Shown one piece after another: positions 25,160 through 36,800 of a stretch of DNA of 64,000 bases (the first letter of the stretch is position 1; every line of letters begins with the position of its first letter). Under the pieces are notes generated by a model. The model made no database searches. It was given only the letters and a program-made list of their open reading frames with translations, and was not told the origin of the DNA. The DNA is from Ascidiella aspersa (taxonomy: Eukaryota), in NCBI GenBank assembly GCA_963924565.1, contig OZ004614.1, forward strand, positions 11,470,001 through 11,534,000, read 5' to 3'. The position numbers and the translations under genes were made by a program.

Positions 25160-27537
25160 CAAGGGTCTCAAACACGCGGCCCGCGGGCCGCATGCGGCCC
25201 GCGAGAACATTTTGTGCGGCCCGCGTTGAAATTTTGGATTTCCAAGTTCTTCACAATATTTAAGTGTCACATATCTTTTTTTTCAAATTTGAGAAGTTAG
25301 AATTCACTCTAAAATTGCTCTAAAAACCTGAAACAACTCATTAAACTTCACTATCACATCTCCTTTAAACGCTACCATTTATGCGGTAAAATATCTACTA
25401 TTACGTCACATTGCCTATTCACATCTGAACAGTTGTCACAATACCATTGTAAATTGCACCAGTCAGGTGTTAGTGGAATTGGTCATCGTTCAATTTGATT
25501 GTCGAGGTGTAGGCTAGCCTTGTCAGAATAGATTGCTATAGTTTCAAAAGCCAAATTAGACATGTCTTCTGCTTCGAAAAAGAGAAAAATCACAGACGAA
25601 AGAAGAGTTTTTCAAGATAAGTGGGAGGAGTTATATTTTGTCACCGCGGTCAGAGATATTTGTCATTGCCTTATTTGCCAGCAAAAGATAGCTGTTATGA
25701 AGGAGTATAATATGCGCCGGCACTTCGATACAATGCACCGCGATAAATATGATGCTTACGAGGGAAAAGTAAGAGAAGAAAAAGTTAAACATCTGAAGTC
25801 AGCATTTTGCAAACAAAGAAGTTTCTTTGCAAATATTAATCAGTCCAAAGAAGATTCTGTAAAAGCGAGTTTTGTTATCAGTGAAATGATAGCAAAGTCA
25901 TCACGGCCCTTTACGGAGGGTTTGTTCATAAAAGAATGCCTTGTGAAAGCAAGTGACATTTTATGTCCAGGTAAAAAAAAAACTGTTTGAAGGTATAAGC
26001 TTATCCCCAAATACAGTTGCAAGTAGGGTCACAGATTTAGCTGCAAATGTGGAGAAACAATTAGTTGCGACCGCAAAGGACTTCGAAGCATTTTCGATTG
26101 CCGTTGATTAGAGCACAGATGTGTCAGACACCGCACAATGTGCTGTGTTTATCAGGGGTGTAGACTGCATTCTAAATCTGACGGAAGAGTTTCTGGAATT
26201 AATACCATTGAAGGGTACTACAACTGGACGAGATATATTTCAAGCCTTGGAAAAGTGCTTCGAGAAACATGGCTTGCCATGGGATAGGCTTGTATGTTTG
26301 GCCACAGACGGTGCACCGGCAATGCGTTCTAGCAATGTGGGTGTAGTTGGATTTGTGAAAAACAAACTAAACAGTCTTGAAACCGAAAGAATCAGCTTCG
26401 CTAGTGTACACTGCATTTTACACCAAGAAGCCCTTTGTAGTAAAAGCCTACAAATGAAGGAGGTCATGGATGTTGTTGTTAAAACAGTCAACTTTATACG
26501 ATCTCGGGGGTTGAACCACAGGCAGTTTAAATCATTTCTTGCAGATATGGACTCTGAGTACGGTGAACTACTTTATTATACTGAGGTCAGGTGGCTGAGT
26601 CGTGGAAATGTTTTGAAGCGTTTCTTTGCACTCAGAAATGAAATCGCTTCATTTATGAAAATGAAAAACATGGCAGTTCCTATGTTGGCTGATGCTACTT
26701 TTCAATGCAATCTTGCTTTCCTAACAGATATTACACATCATATGAATGAATTAAACTTGAAGCTTCAAGGTAAAAAACAAATTATTACACAGATGTATGA
26801 CCATGTGAAATCGTTCAAAGTCAAACTACGTTTATGGTTGAAGCAGTTGGGTGAGGAGAATTTGGCTCATTTCTCAACTCTGAAGTCTTTAGGAAAAGTT
26901 GAGGCTGAATGCATGAGAGAATATACAGATTTGTTGTCTAATTTAATTCAGCAATTTGACGTGCGCTTTGCAGAATTTGAAGTATTAGAGCCGCAGTTTC
27001 GACTTTTTTCAACGCCATTTGCTATAGAAATTGACAATGTAGCCGAGGAGTTGCAAATGGAGTTGGTGGAACTTCAATGTGATACTATCCTGAACCAAAA
27101 GTATGCAGAGGTAGAAATTTACGAATTTTATAGATTTCTTTCACGAGAAAGGTTTCCGAAGTTAGTGTCTGCTGCAGCAAGAATTATTGCAATGTTTGGA
27201 AGCACATACGTATGTGAGCAATTTTTTTCATCGATGAGGATCAACAAGACTGTGCTAAGGTCACGTATCACTGATGAGCACCTGCAAGCAACTCTGCGAT
27301 TGGTTTCTGCTGACAAGTTGAAGCCCAATATCGAGTTCCTTGTTCATGAAAAACGCTGCCAGTTAAGTAGCCAGAACAAAAAACAAGTAGCCTAATTCAT
27401 CAACCTACTTGTGTTTATCTTTTATTGTGTTTATATTTGTGTTATCGTTTTATTGTGACATTTCATCGTGAATTGCGGCCCTTGGGTATTTTACACGTGC
27501 CCATTTGGCCCTCAGAGCATTTTGAGTTTGAGACCCT
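25160..27537 (+). mobile_element. hAT DNA transposon, Buster/Charlie/SPIN-like (GTF2IRD2-type transposase), full length but inactivated
   Basis: Left TIR CAAGGGTCTCAAAC, right GTTTGAGACCCT; subterminal GCGGCCC repeats; nnnTAnnn target GTATAGGG on the left and CTATAGGG on the right; encloses a transposase reading frame. Confidence 0.92.
25562..27395 (+). pseudogene. hAT transposase pseudogene (BED-like zinc finger, DDE core, C-terminal dimerisation domain)
   Basis: CLICQ...RRHFDTMH, ATDGAPAM, HCILHQEALC, VRWLSRG, FGSTYVCEQFFSSM. Broken by a +1 frameshift in A10 (25973-25982) and a TAG at 26109-26111 (IAVD*STD where DESTD is expected). Confidence 0.92.
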
Positions 27538-27543
27538 ATACTA

Positions 27544-28321
27544 TAGGGTTACCATAATTTCGTAGCCTAAAATCCGGACACTCTTTAGTCCCCACTAGCG
27601 GTTTTTAAAATGAGGTATATGAACACATTGTCTGTCAATATGACGTCACACTGGCAATGCTTTGCCTATCCACTGTATACCGGAGCGGATTTTTGAACAT
27701 AGTGTAGTGAATTTACTAGACTATTGGGTCATCTCTGATTTGATTTCTAGGCTAGGGTTACTATATTTGATACTGCGCAATCCATAACAAATTTACCTCG
27801 CAGTTGCATGGTAAACCAACTTTAGAATATTACCAAAGTACTTTACCGCCATTGTTTTTTTGTGAAAGAAGGATAAACACGAAACTATACACAAACAGAA
27901 AATAAATGTTGTATTGCAATACACGAATACAAGTTCTCATTAAGCATTAAACAAAACGACAATTTCCTTGGTATTCTCATTTGGTTTGCAACAGACTTCT
28001 TGTTGCGCTATTTTTCTACTGCATTATAATTTTTTTTCAGCGAACATACGCTCTTATCGTTTCAGACGTGTTCTAAATTTTGCAATATCGACCAAGATAT
28101 AAGGCCTTCAGCTACTAGCCCAGCCAACACTCATTCATGTATCCCAAATAGAGCGCTGTATTGTCGTTTTTGACGTAACAATGAAATTATTGCCCGCAAC
28201 GCAACAAACAATTTTAAAAAATTCCGGACATTTAAGCGTATTTTGGCATTTTCCCCCGGACGCAGTTTGAACACTAAAATTCCGGACATGTCCGGGGAAA
28301 TCCGGACGTATGGCAACCCTA
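27544..28321. mobile_element. Non-autonomous hAT (Tip100-like) MITE; original left end at 25155, split by the Buster element
   Basis: TIRs TAGGGTTACCATA / TATGGCAACCCTA (12/13); subterminal TCCGGAC repeats; perfect 8-bp TSD CCATAGTA at 25147-25154 and 28322-28329. Confidence 0.88.
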
Positions 28322-28350
28322 CCATAGTACGAAGACCAACGACATAATAA

Positions 28351-28846
28351 CAGTGTTGTAAACAAGTCATTTTGAAATGACTTAAGTCCCAGTCAAGTCA
28401 TTCGTAAAATAACTTAAGTCCAAGTCAAGACTTTTTGAATAAATAACAAGTCAAGTCCCAGTCAAGTCATAGTTAGAGCAAGTCAACTTCAAGTCCAGCC
28501 CTTGTCAAAAAAATAAAACTTTAAATTATGAAAACCGGCAAACTCCTCCGATTATTATAAGCAACTCAAGTAAAAAATAACATAAAAGCAGCATATAACA
28601 AGCAAATTCTTTTATGCGCAAAGATTGGGATGAATAACGCAATTTTATAAATAATTGCTTAATTAAAACAATTTATTTTAACCCAAGTAATTTGTCCAAA
28701 TGACTTAAGTCAAGTCAATCATTTGCCAAAAGACTTAAGTCAAGTCAAGTCATTTTGCCCAAAAGACTTAAGTCAAGTCAAGTCATTTAAAAACAAGGAC
28801 TTAAGTGCACTAAGTCAAGTCATTGACTTAAGTCATTACAACACTG
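28351..28846. mobile_element. hAT-type MITE with internal (AAGTC)n / GACTTAAGTC repeats
   Basis: 11-bp TIR CAGTGTTGTAA / TTACAACACTG; perfect 8-bp TSD CATAATAA (28343-28350, 28847-28854). Confidence 0.9.
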
Positions 28847-30263
28847 CATAATAAAGCCAAATATACAATAATTTCCACGAATGAATAAGATCTAAAGTGT
28901 CTGAATTTCACCTAAACCTTCCGGAAAGAACTAAATAGCCTAACTTACGCCTGAAACTGTAGGTAGAGGGTATGGGACGATCGGGGGCCGTCGGTCTGGT
29001 ATCAGCCGTTTGGATGTCGACGCTTGGACGCCCTAGTTTGACCATCACCATTATGGTGCCTCGGGTTATTTTCCCTAGTTTGTGGTTATAGGGGGATAAT
29101 GATAGGGGTTAGAAATTGGGTTAGGGTAAATTTATAATTTTATTAGGGAAGTTAGTGATGTACTTAGGGGTGGGGTTTGGGGTTAAGTAAATGCTAGTTA
29201 GACCTAATTCTGACCATTTAGATTTTATTCCGACGGATTTCGGACTTATTCTGATTTAGAAATTATTATGACTATTAGGTAGTAGGTAATCATAATTTGT
29301 TTTTTTTCCGAACTGTGTTTTATCCGACGTTGATTTTGTTCTTATGTAGGTATTATAGCTGGAGTCCGTTTTCACGAGACTGGCGTTTTTCCAACTAAAC
29401 GTCATCTATTATGTCAGCCGGTTCTTTGCTTGAAAGAGACAATCGGAAGCACGATAGAAATGCGTCGTTGGATAGCAAGCGGCCGGCTTCGCTTACTCCA
29501 AATAGTTAAAGAGAATAGTTTAATTCAGGCACACAGAATAAGGTAAAAAGGTGAAAAATATTAGAACATTACGCTGCCCGTCACATTACTTTTTTGTTAC
29601 GTTAAATTGCCACAATTAGTTTTTTGAACCATCGGGAATAAATAGCATGAGGCTTCAGCATAATTAATAACACCAATGCCACAAATGCCTACAATATGTA
29701 CAAGTGATAAAGAGGCCACAGCTTCATGGCTTTTAATGTTGTGCTTAACCATGCAAAACATCGCGTTTATTACAATGGTTAGCACTTTGCATTGTAACAC
29801 CAGCATCCTAAGCATTTTTTACAAGTTTAAGGCGACATAGTATCAAACTGGTAAACAAAACCGGTTTCGCGCGTATTTTAATCTAAACGAGATAAGGCTA
29901 CTACAAAATACGTTATGCTTTTCTAGAATTTGTAAAACCCTTATAACGTTAACCGAACTTAGAATGAACTTCAATGCCCATAGACAAGCAGGTATAATTT
30001 TTTATGTTAAATAAATATTTGATACGTTTAAAATGTGCTCCCTACATTTATATTGTGCTTGACATTTAGGTAGGTCTATGCTAACGGTTCAAAAGGGAAA
30101 TTTGTTGTTTTTTAATAGCCGGCACCCCTAAAGCTTTATTTCAATAAACTAGTTTATTATTTTATTTAGGCGATTTTATTGATAAATGATACGTAATGAA
30201 AGTATAACACGTTTATTCCGCTTAGCACTGCTATATTATGATTACAGACGAGTGTGTCAAATA

Positions 30264-30831
30264 TTTTTTTTTTTTTTTTTGCTGTTGACAAGTTTTATTA
30301 TTATATAGCGACACAATAAAGCGAGTGCGAAAGAAAAAAAAGAGGCGAGATAAAACACATGTCAGAAAGCGACGAATTAGCAGGAAGGCATTAAAATACA
30401 GTTGGGGATTCGGAGTAACATGAAGTGAGCGTTAAAATAGCCCTTGCCACTTGCAAAGAAATTCGTTAATTTTATAATTCCGAATGGCGATAAGATGTTC
30501 CGATTTCTGAACAGATTTAACCATATTTAGGAACATATTGAAATTCGGCACGGATTCGGCGTACTTACAGCGGTAAATTACGAAACGCGCACACAACAAC
30601 AAACAATTCAAAAGGGTTTCAGATTGATCTGCCCCAATACCAAACAACATATGAACAGGGTTAGGGCGTAAATCATTCAGAAGTTTTGCCGAGATCCAGG
30701 CAGAGTTACTTCTTCCCAGAAAGTTACTACTTTGGTACAAAAATAAAACACGTGCGCTACAGTTTCTAATGCATCGCAGCAGAAAACACATTTATCTGAG
30801 TCTTTAATTCCAAATGAGCACAGCGCGTCAT
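30264..30831 (-). mobile_element. 5'-truncated non-LTR retrotransposon (L1/Tx1 clade), 3' end of ORF2 plus 3' UTR and poly(A)
   Basis: Zinc knuckle CVFCCDALETVAHVFYFC, then after a frameshift LLNCLLLCARFVIYRCK...EHLIAIRN...FLCKWQGLF*; AATAAA plus A17 tail (T17 at 30264-30280); perfect 14-bp TSD GAGTGTGTCAAATA at 30250-30263 and 30832-30845. Confidence 0.92.
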
Positions 30832-31824
30832 GAGTGTGTCAAATACGTTAGGTTCGTGGTTTGCTAATATCATGAGCCCCTGGTGGATAGATACATCGTT
30901 ATTTGCGACTGCTAGACGGTGTCCTTGAACCGTTTCTAGGTGGATCAAACAACTTCTTCGTGTTGCCTCAAAAGTTGTCAAGATGGAAAAAATATAGTTT
31001 CGCAGTAAAGTTGATACAACGACACATAAGATATATAGGATGTGTCAACATGGTACTCTATCTACGCTTACCTTGAAAAGTGTAAAAGGTTTACATGGAA
31101 CTTGGAAGTATTATTGCCTGAAAATAGTAAAGTTAATCAAAAATTGAAAAAAGATTGTCCAAAATATATTTAAAAAGTAAGCTTACAGACTATTGAGTTA
31201 AAAAGAATGTTTTATTTTTTTATTTTTTATTTCTCCTGGAAACAAAGCACAAATCTTTATTTGTAGGATATCAGAACTTTCTCAGTAGAAAAAGAAATAA
31301 TCAATAGTATGTGAACAGCGAAAAGTGCGTCATACAAATTTGCAGCTTGGTTTGTGTCGAGGCATGCTGCAAGTTCTAATTCCCCCACCCAGCAATATAC
31401 AAGCAACGCACAGATCGATAAAGGCAGTGAGGCACATCAGCATTAATCATCGATCTTCGATTATAATTATTCCAATCTATAAAAAAATACGTTTCCAAGA
31501 CAAAAAACGTAGGTTTGCGTACCCTGTAAAGCTAGAGGTGTATTTAGGGCTAGGCAAAGTGTTGTTCAGATTATGTTTCGACTGCTTACACCTAATTCTG
31601 GCGGTTTTTGACTAAACACCTACTTTCGGGCATTGTTCCTATTATCGTCTTATTTCGAACTGTGTTTAATTGCCATGATTATCTTGTGTTAAACTATCTC
31701 TACGGAGAAAGTTCTTTAGGAAAATAATTATCAACAGTTTAAAGCACCTAACCTAATTCCTTTCAAGTTTCATTTCGGATCTCTGATAATCAAAAATATT
31801 TTAAACACACAAAAAAACAGCATG

Positions 31825-33336
31825 TTTTACTGTTTTGTTTTCACATTTATTTCTGCAGTGTCTTTCCGGTGCGAAAAAAAGACAAACGCGCTTTTGCCAC
31901 AAAGGCAGCATTAGGGACAAAAATGAAGGATTCAAACAAACGTCAATAAATAATAAGCCAAAATATCATGGCTTGATCACAAACACAAACAACAATTTCC
32001 AAATAAAGACTCCGGCAAAAGTAAGACAAATTTGATGTCTGCAGTTTTTTCTTTGTTTTTTGTCTATGCTTTGATGAAATTACTAAAAAAATGCACCAAA
32101 TTCGTGTCGAAAACGAATAAAAAGTGAAGGATTTTTGCGCCGAGGTATACAGACACACTGAAACAAAAATAAACACAATTGGAAGAAAAAGGAAACAACG
32201 GTAACACATAGGGGATTTTCCAACTAGACTAGTGTGACGCCTAACCAGCAGTAGGCAACAGCCACAATGCATATTGTTATTATTTTCGTTGCGACACAGT
32301 GCTATTTTTCAAGGGGCTGTGTATGGGGTATATTGGATTAAATTTGAAAGGTCATATTTCGCATTTAACACTCAAAAATCAACTAACAGTACTCCTTCGG
32401 GTTGGTATGTTATCATAAATTTCACAGTGAAGGCGTTGTGTTATTACAGCTGGGGTCGGTCGTATAGGTACATTTTACAATTACTTCGGAAATAATTAAA
32501 AAAAGTTGTTTAGTTTTGTCAGTAGGTAGCGTAAACAATAAACATGCATTGTCCGTCTCAAACGAAACAGAAAAGTGCCAAAAAACGGCCAAGGAGGAAA
32601 AAATTAGGTTTGGTCGGCGAGACTTGGGACTAAACGTTTTTTGGTTTGTTGTTTAATTGTATTATACTTTTTTCAAAACGTATAGGCTTTAGTTTAACTG
32701 AGGTAGGGTAGGGAAGGCTAAGATAGAGAGAAGAGAGAAAGATAGGGAATAATTGAATACTGTGTTCATGTCGAGACGTGGTAAATATAACATACAATAT
32801 CGCCAAGGTTGTTTCACTAAAAAGTCATGAAAGCAACAAGTGTTATTGGAGTTAATGACAAAAGAGCAAGGAAAAAAAAAGTTAAGAAAAGTGCTTTAAA
32901 ATTAAGCGAAGTACGTTTTTATTTGAAGCAGACAAAATTTTCTTGTTAAATAATAATGGGACGCAAAACGAAAACTTATTTGATTAAATTATTTCTTAAG
33001 GACAAAAAAGTGATATCGATAATGACAATAATAATAATAATAATAATAGTAGTAATAATATAAGTAATAAAATAACGTCGAAAACGCAATATAGTATTGA
33101 TAAAGACAAGTCTTAAATAAAGTAGCCCCAACTGCGCTCGGAGGGAAAAGCAACATCGAACCGTAACAAGTCCCGCACCAAGTTTCGCTTCTTTTTCATT
33201 TCAAAAAAGGCGACAAAACTTGGCAAGGGCAAAAAGCACTATCGCCTTCAAAATGTTCTATTGCTGAGAGCTGTCAATTACCTAACGATTAAGATGTCAA
33301 GGGTCGAATGAGGTGCAGGCGCGAACGGACGTTTCG
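31825..33336 (-). other. Probable Pim 3' UTR (about 1.5 kb, AU-rich) ending near a polyadenylation signal
   Basis: AATAAA on the minus strand at 31851-31846 followed by a T/GT-rich downstream tract; UUAUUUAUU at 31953-31945; (UUA)n tract at about 33060-33027. Confidence 0.55.
33027..33062. repeat. (AAT)n microsatellite in the Pim 3' UTR
   Basis: aataataataataataataatagtagtaataata. Confidence 0.85.
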
Positions 33337-33894
33337 TTATGACCTCACAATGCACTCGCTGGCTTGCAGAGGAACGGGCGAGCTCTGCCCCCCCAACATC
33401 ATTGGGGTAAAGCTGGGGTCCTGCTGGTGGTAGACCCCCTGGAATGGGTTGGTGCCGGGTGAAATTGCAGATTTGGGGGGACTCTGTGGAGTCGAAGGAA
33501 TGTATCCGCTACCGGGGTTCCTGTACAGTTCACGGGTGCTCATCACCCCATTTTGGGGGTTACTTGGGGGGCTGCTCTGGGCGGTACAGCCCCGGGCAAG
33601 CCAAGGGTGGGCAATTACCTCTTGCAGCGTGAGACGTTTGTTTTGATCTTTCTGCAGCATCGTAGCTATCAGGTGTCGACACGCGTCACTGGTCGTTGTC
33701 TGCGCGCGCTTGTGACGTAGCTCGCACGCAATAATGTCCTTCTCCTTCTGGAAGGGAACCTCGGCTTCAACCATTGTGTAAAGCAGAACTCCGAGCGACC
33801 AGGCATCGACCCGTTTGCCCATGTAGCGACGCTCAATGAACCACTCCGGGGGGTAAAATTCCGGGGTACCGGCAAACTCGGTGTACGCTGCCTC
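33337..33894 (-). CDS. PIM: Pim kinase coding exon 5 (activation segment, C-lobe, Pro/Ser-rich tail)
   Basis: tcacag|GAG GCA GCG TAC...; encodes [15 protein letters not shown]...[13 protein letters not shown]; TAA stop at 33339-33337. Confidence 0.95.
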   Translation of the reverse strand, partial: EAAYTEFAGTPEFYPPEWFIERRYMGKRVDAWSLGVLLYTMVEAEVPFQKEKDIIACELRHKRAQTTTSDACRHLIATMLQKDQNKRLTLQEVIAHPWLARGCTAQSSPPSNPQNGVMSTRELYRNPGSGYIPSTPQSPPKSAISPGTNPFQGVYHQQDPSFTPMMLGGQSSPVPLQASECIVRS

Positions 33895-36800
33895 CTGTGA
33901 GCGAAACAAATTGCTTGTTAAACTACTATTGCAGTGAATAAAGAGACCGCCTCGATAGGGGAAATTTAGTTTTACACACCCAAAACTACAGAACCGTACA
34001 TGTACAAAATAAAGTAATTAATTTTCATTTAAGTTTTAAATCTTTTTAAATCGAGAAGATCTTTCAATAGGAAAAATAAAAAGGCTTTATCTAACAAAAT
34101 TCGCTTTGTAGTCGTAATATTTATTTAAAACCGCAACCGATGTGTTTAGGGTGTTTTTTATTTGTTGGATGTCGTTGAAGTCCACTAAATTTAACCGCTC
34201 ACACTTTGTTACCTTCATAATCGTTCCGCATCCGAAATCGATGAGTTTCGCTTCGGAAGTGTGGAGGTTCAGGAGAACGTTTTCATCTTTGATGTCGCGG
34301 TGAACGACCCCGTTGTCATGGCAATGGATAACTGCTTCCACGATCTGGTGGACGTAAAAGTTACACGATTAGTTGGATACAACGATTGCCTGAAATTAAG
34401 TAATCTTTTTGCACTAATTAGTTATGCCCAGGACTATAAGGTGTCGAATTTTTTTACTTAAAATTATCGTCATACATGATAATGCCATATGGTTAAACTT
34501 TTTAACACGTGATTTTTTTAAAGCACTATTATTTTAACAGCACAATTGGGGCAGTCCTGAGAAAACAGATAACTGAGTTGTTGCTTCACATCTTTATGTT
34601 ATACGTAACGACACCGAAACACTCTTTATTCTGCTAGCAATAAAAACAGCGCCCTCGTTGCTTTATGGCGCCCAACTGGACTCTGACGTCACGCCTCGTT
34701 TCACGCCCGAACGCACAAGCACGAAGGCAAAAAGGCAAGGCGAAGAAAGACGCACCTGTCTAAAGATATTGCGGGCCACGTTTTCCGGTAGGGCGCCGTG
34801 CTGGTTCAAGTAGTCAAACAGGTCGATGACAGGCTGCGGCCGTTCCATCACTAGGATGTAGCTGTTGCGACGCTCGTACCAGTCCAACATGCCGATCACG
34901 CCTGTAGCGCACAAAAACAACAAAGGTTAGTCGCGCGTGTAAGTGGATGCCTGGGCGATGGGCGCGACGCACCACAGCGCTAAAGTGCCACCCGCGATTA
35001 ATTTTTGTAAAGGCGCAGGTGCAGCTGCTGTTGCTGCTGCTGATACTGCTGATGCTGCGAATGTTCGCCGTAGCAGTGGCTACTCCCAAACCGGGTGGGA
35101 TGAGATTGTTTTACCAAGAACCGGATCGCGTTTACTGCGGAACCGAAAAAGAAACAAGTCACGTTTATCGCGGGAAACTGCTCCTAAATCTATCGGAAAC
35201 TGGGACCGCGGACGCTTTTCAGGCTTTCGCGCCCTTGTCACGTTTTAGGGCCATTCAAACTAGAGCGCCCAACCGAAAGTGGCTGATAGCACTCTGGGAG
35301 CCCTTCGAGGACAGCTCTTTTAGGTCCAACATACGACACGGTAAGAAAGCGTCAGGCGGGAACGGCGTTTAACTCCACAGGCGTGCCTCAGCGCTCGTAA
35401 AAAGCGGTGGAATAGGTAACGCTGTAATGCGAACTGGCGGGCAGTGCGTGGGTGACGCCTCACTAATTTGCACCCGGCCGTTGTTTGAGAGCGGCCGCCA
35501 GAATCGGTTCTTGCGCCTCAGGGGATGGGCAGTTTTACAAAGCGAAAGGGAACAAATAACTCCGTCACTGCCAAAAGGCAGTAACATCGTATTTGAGGGC
35601 TTTTTTCAAACTGAAGTAGATGGTGTCAATTCAAATCAAAGTGATATATCTTTTTTAATTGCACCTTTTCTCTCTTTAAAATGCAATGGGTGAGCCGACT
35701 ATAATGTTGTAAAAGAGACTAAAAACAAAAAAACTTTTCGTTGTTACCTTTATTGCCAGACGCGGCGGCTCTGTGCAGAAGCTCAAACTCGATGGGAACA
35801 ACTCTCCCGTCCAGTTTACCCCATCGCTTCACCTTTGCTTTGGGCACCTGCTTGATGGCTACTTGCACGTTGTCAGCCTTGCGGGTTCCTGAAAGCAAAA
35901 CAGTTAAGGGTAAACAAGGGATTAAGAGCAAAAACCTAATCTGTTTTGCACGCAAAAACGAATATCAGGAAATAAGTTGTTAATAACTTGGAAGCTTGTA
36001 GCATTGAATTAAAAGAAAAATAAAGAGCGCATATGATCATCTTTCAGGTTTGTTTACTCGTGATAATTCGAGCGGTGTGGCCCGTGTGGAAAAGTCATTA
36101 ACACCGGGTTTCGTGATTGACGCAGTCCAAAGTCGCTGGGTAAAAGCAATTAACGACGCCGGCGCGGCAGTGCCAGGGCAATCAACGGGCAGCGAAACGT
36201 CCAAACGAAATCTTGAGGCGCGACAACCTTGAGTGACCCCTGGCGGCTTAGGGCGGGACGCGCCTTTCCGCGCTTTCACTCGCGAGTCCGCTGACCTCAA
36301 TAGCAAGCTGCCAGCACACAGCTACATTGATCGCTCAGCGGGCGTCGGGCGTGTGCGAAGCCTCGCGGCATTGATCACAAGTTGGCCAATCCACGGCCGA
36401 TTCAAACTTTGTTTTTTCGCGACAGATTTCGTGCGACAACATCGCGCCGTGGAGCAAAAGGTGGGGCGAAAAATTGTCAGTTAATGATATTATCATAGAG
36501 CGAGTGAACTACCAAAGGGTTCTAAATAAAAAGGAAGATAATTCAGGAAAAGGAAATCGGCCACTTTCTATTGGGGCGTGTGTTGGCCAACTGCCTGCTG
36601 TTATGCTAGTGTAGGGGGAGGGAGGGGGCAATCACTCAAACTTGCACCAGCACAAAGTCTGCTAGTTACTGTGAGCTGCTCTAGCAGGTTGAGCACCCGG
36701 CGGCTCGACATATGCTAGTGCATAAAAAGCATTGAGCCTTTTAACCACAAGTAGTTTACTATTGATTAAGATGTATTTCGTTAAACTAAGTGAACGTCAA

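Noticed and set aside
28700-28835. Regularly recurring GACTTAAGTCAAGTC units as a possible CRISPR-like array
   Set aside because: Eukaryotic context; the spacers are short and similar rather than unique; the array is enclosed by MITE TIRs and a TSD.
28960-29400. GGGTTAG/TAGGG-rich stretch resembling telomeric repeats
   Set aside because: Not a tandem TTAGGG array; probably a decayed repeat remnant whose ends I cannot define.
34814-35693. ORFs in Pim intron 2, including a CTG/CAG-rich stretch
   Set aside because: Kinase exons 2 and 3 join in phase without them; the translations are low-complexity.
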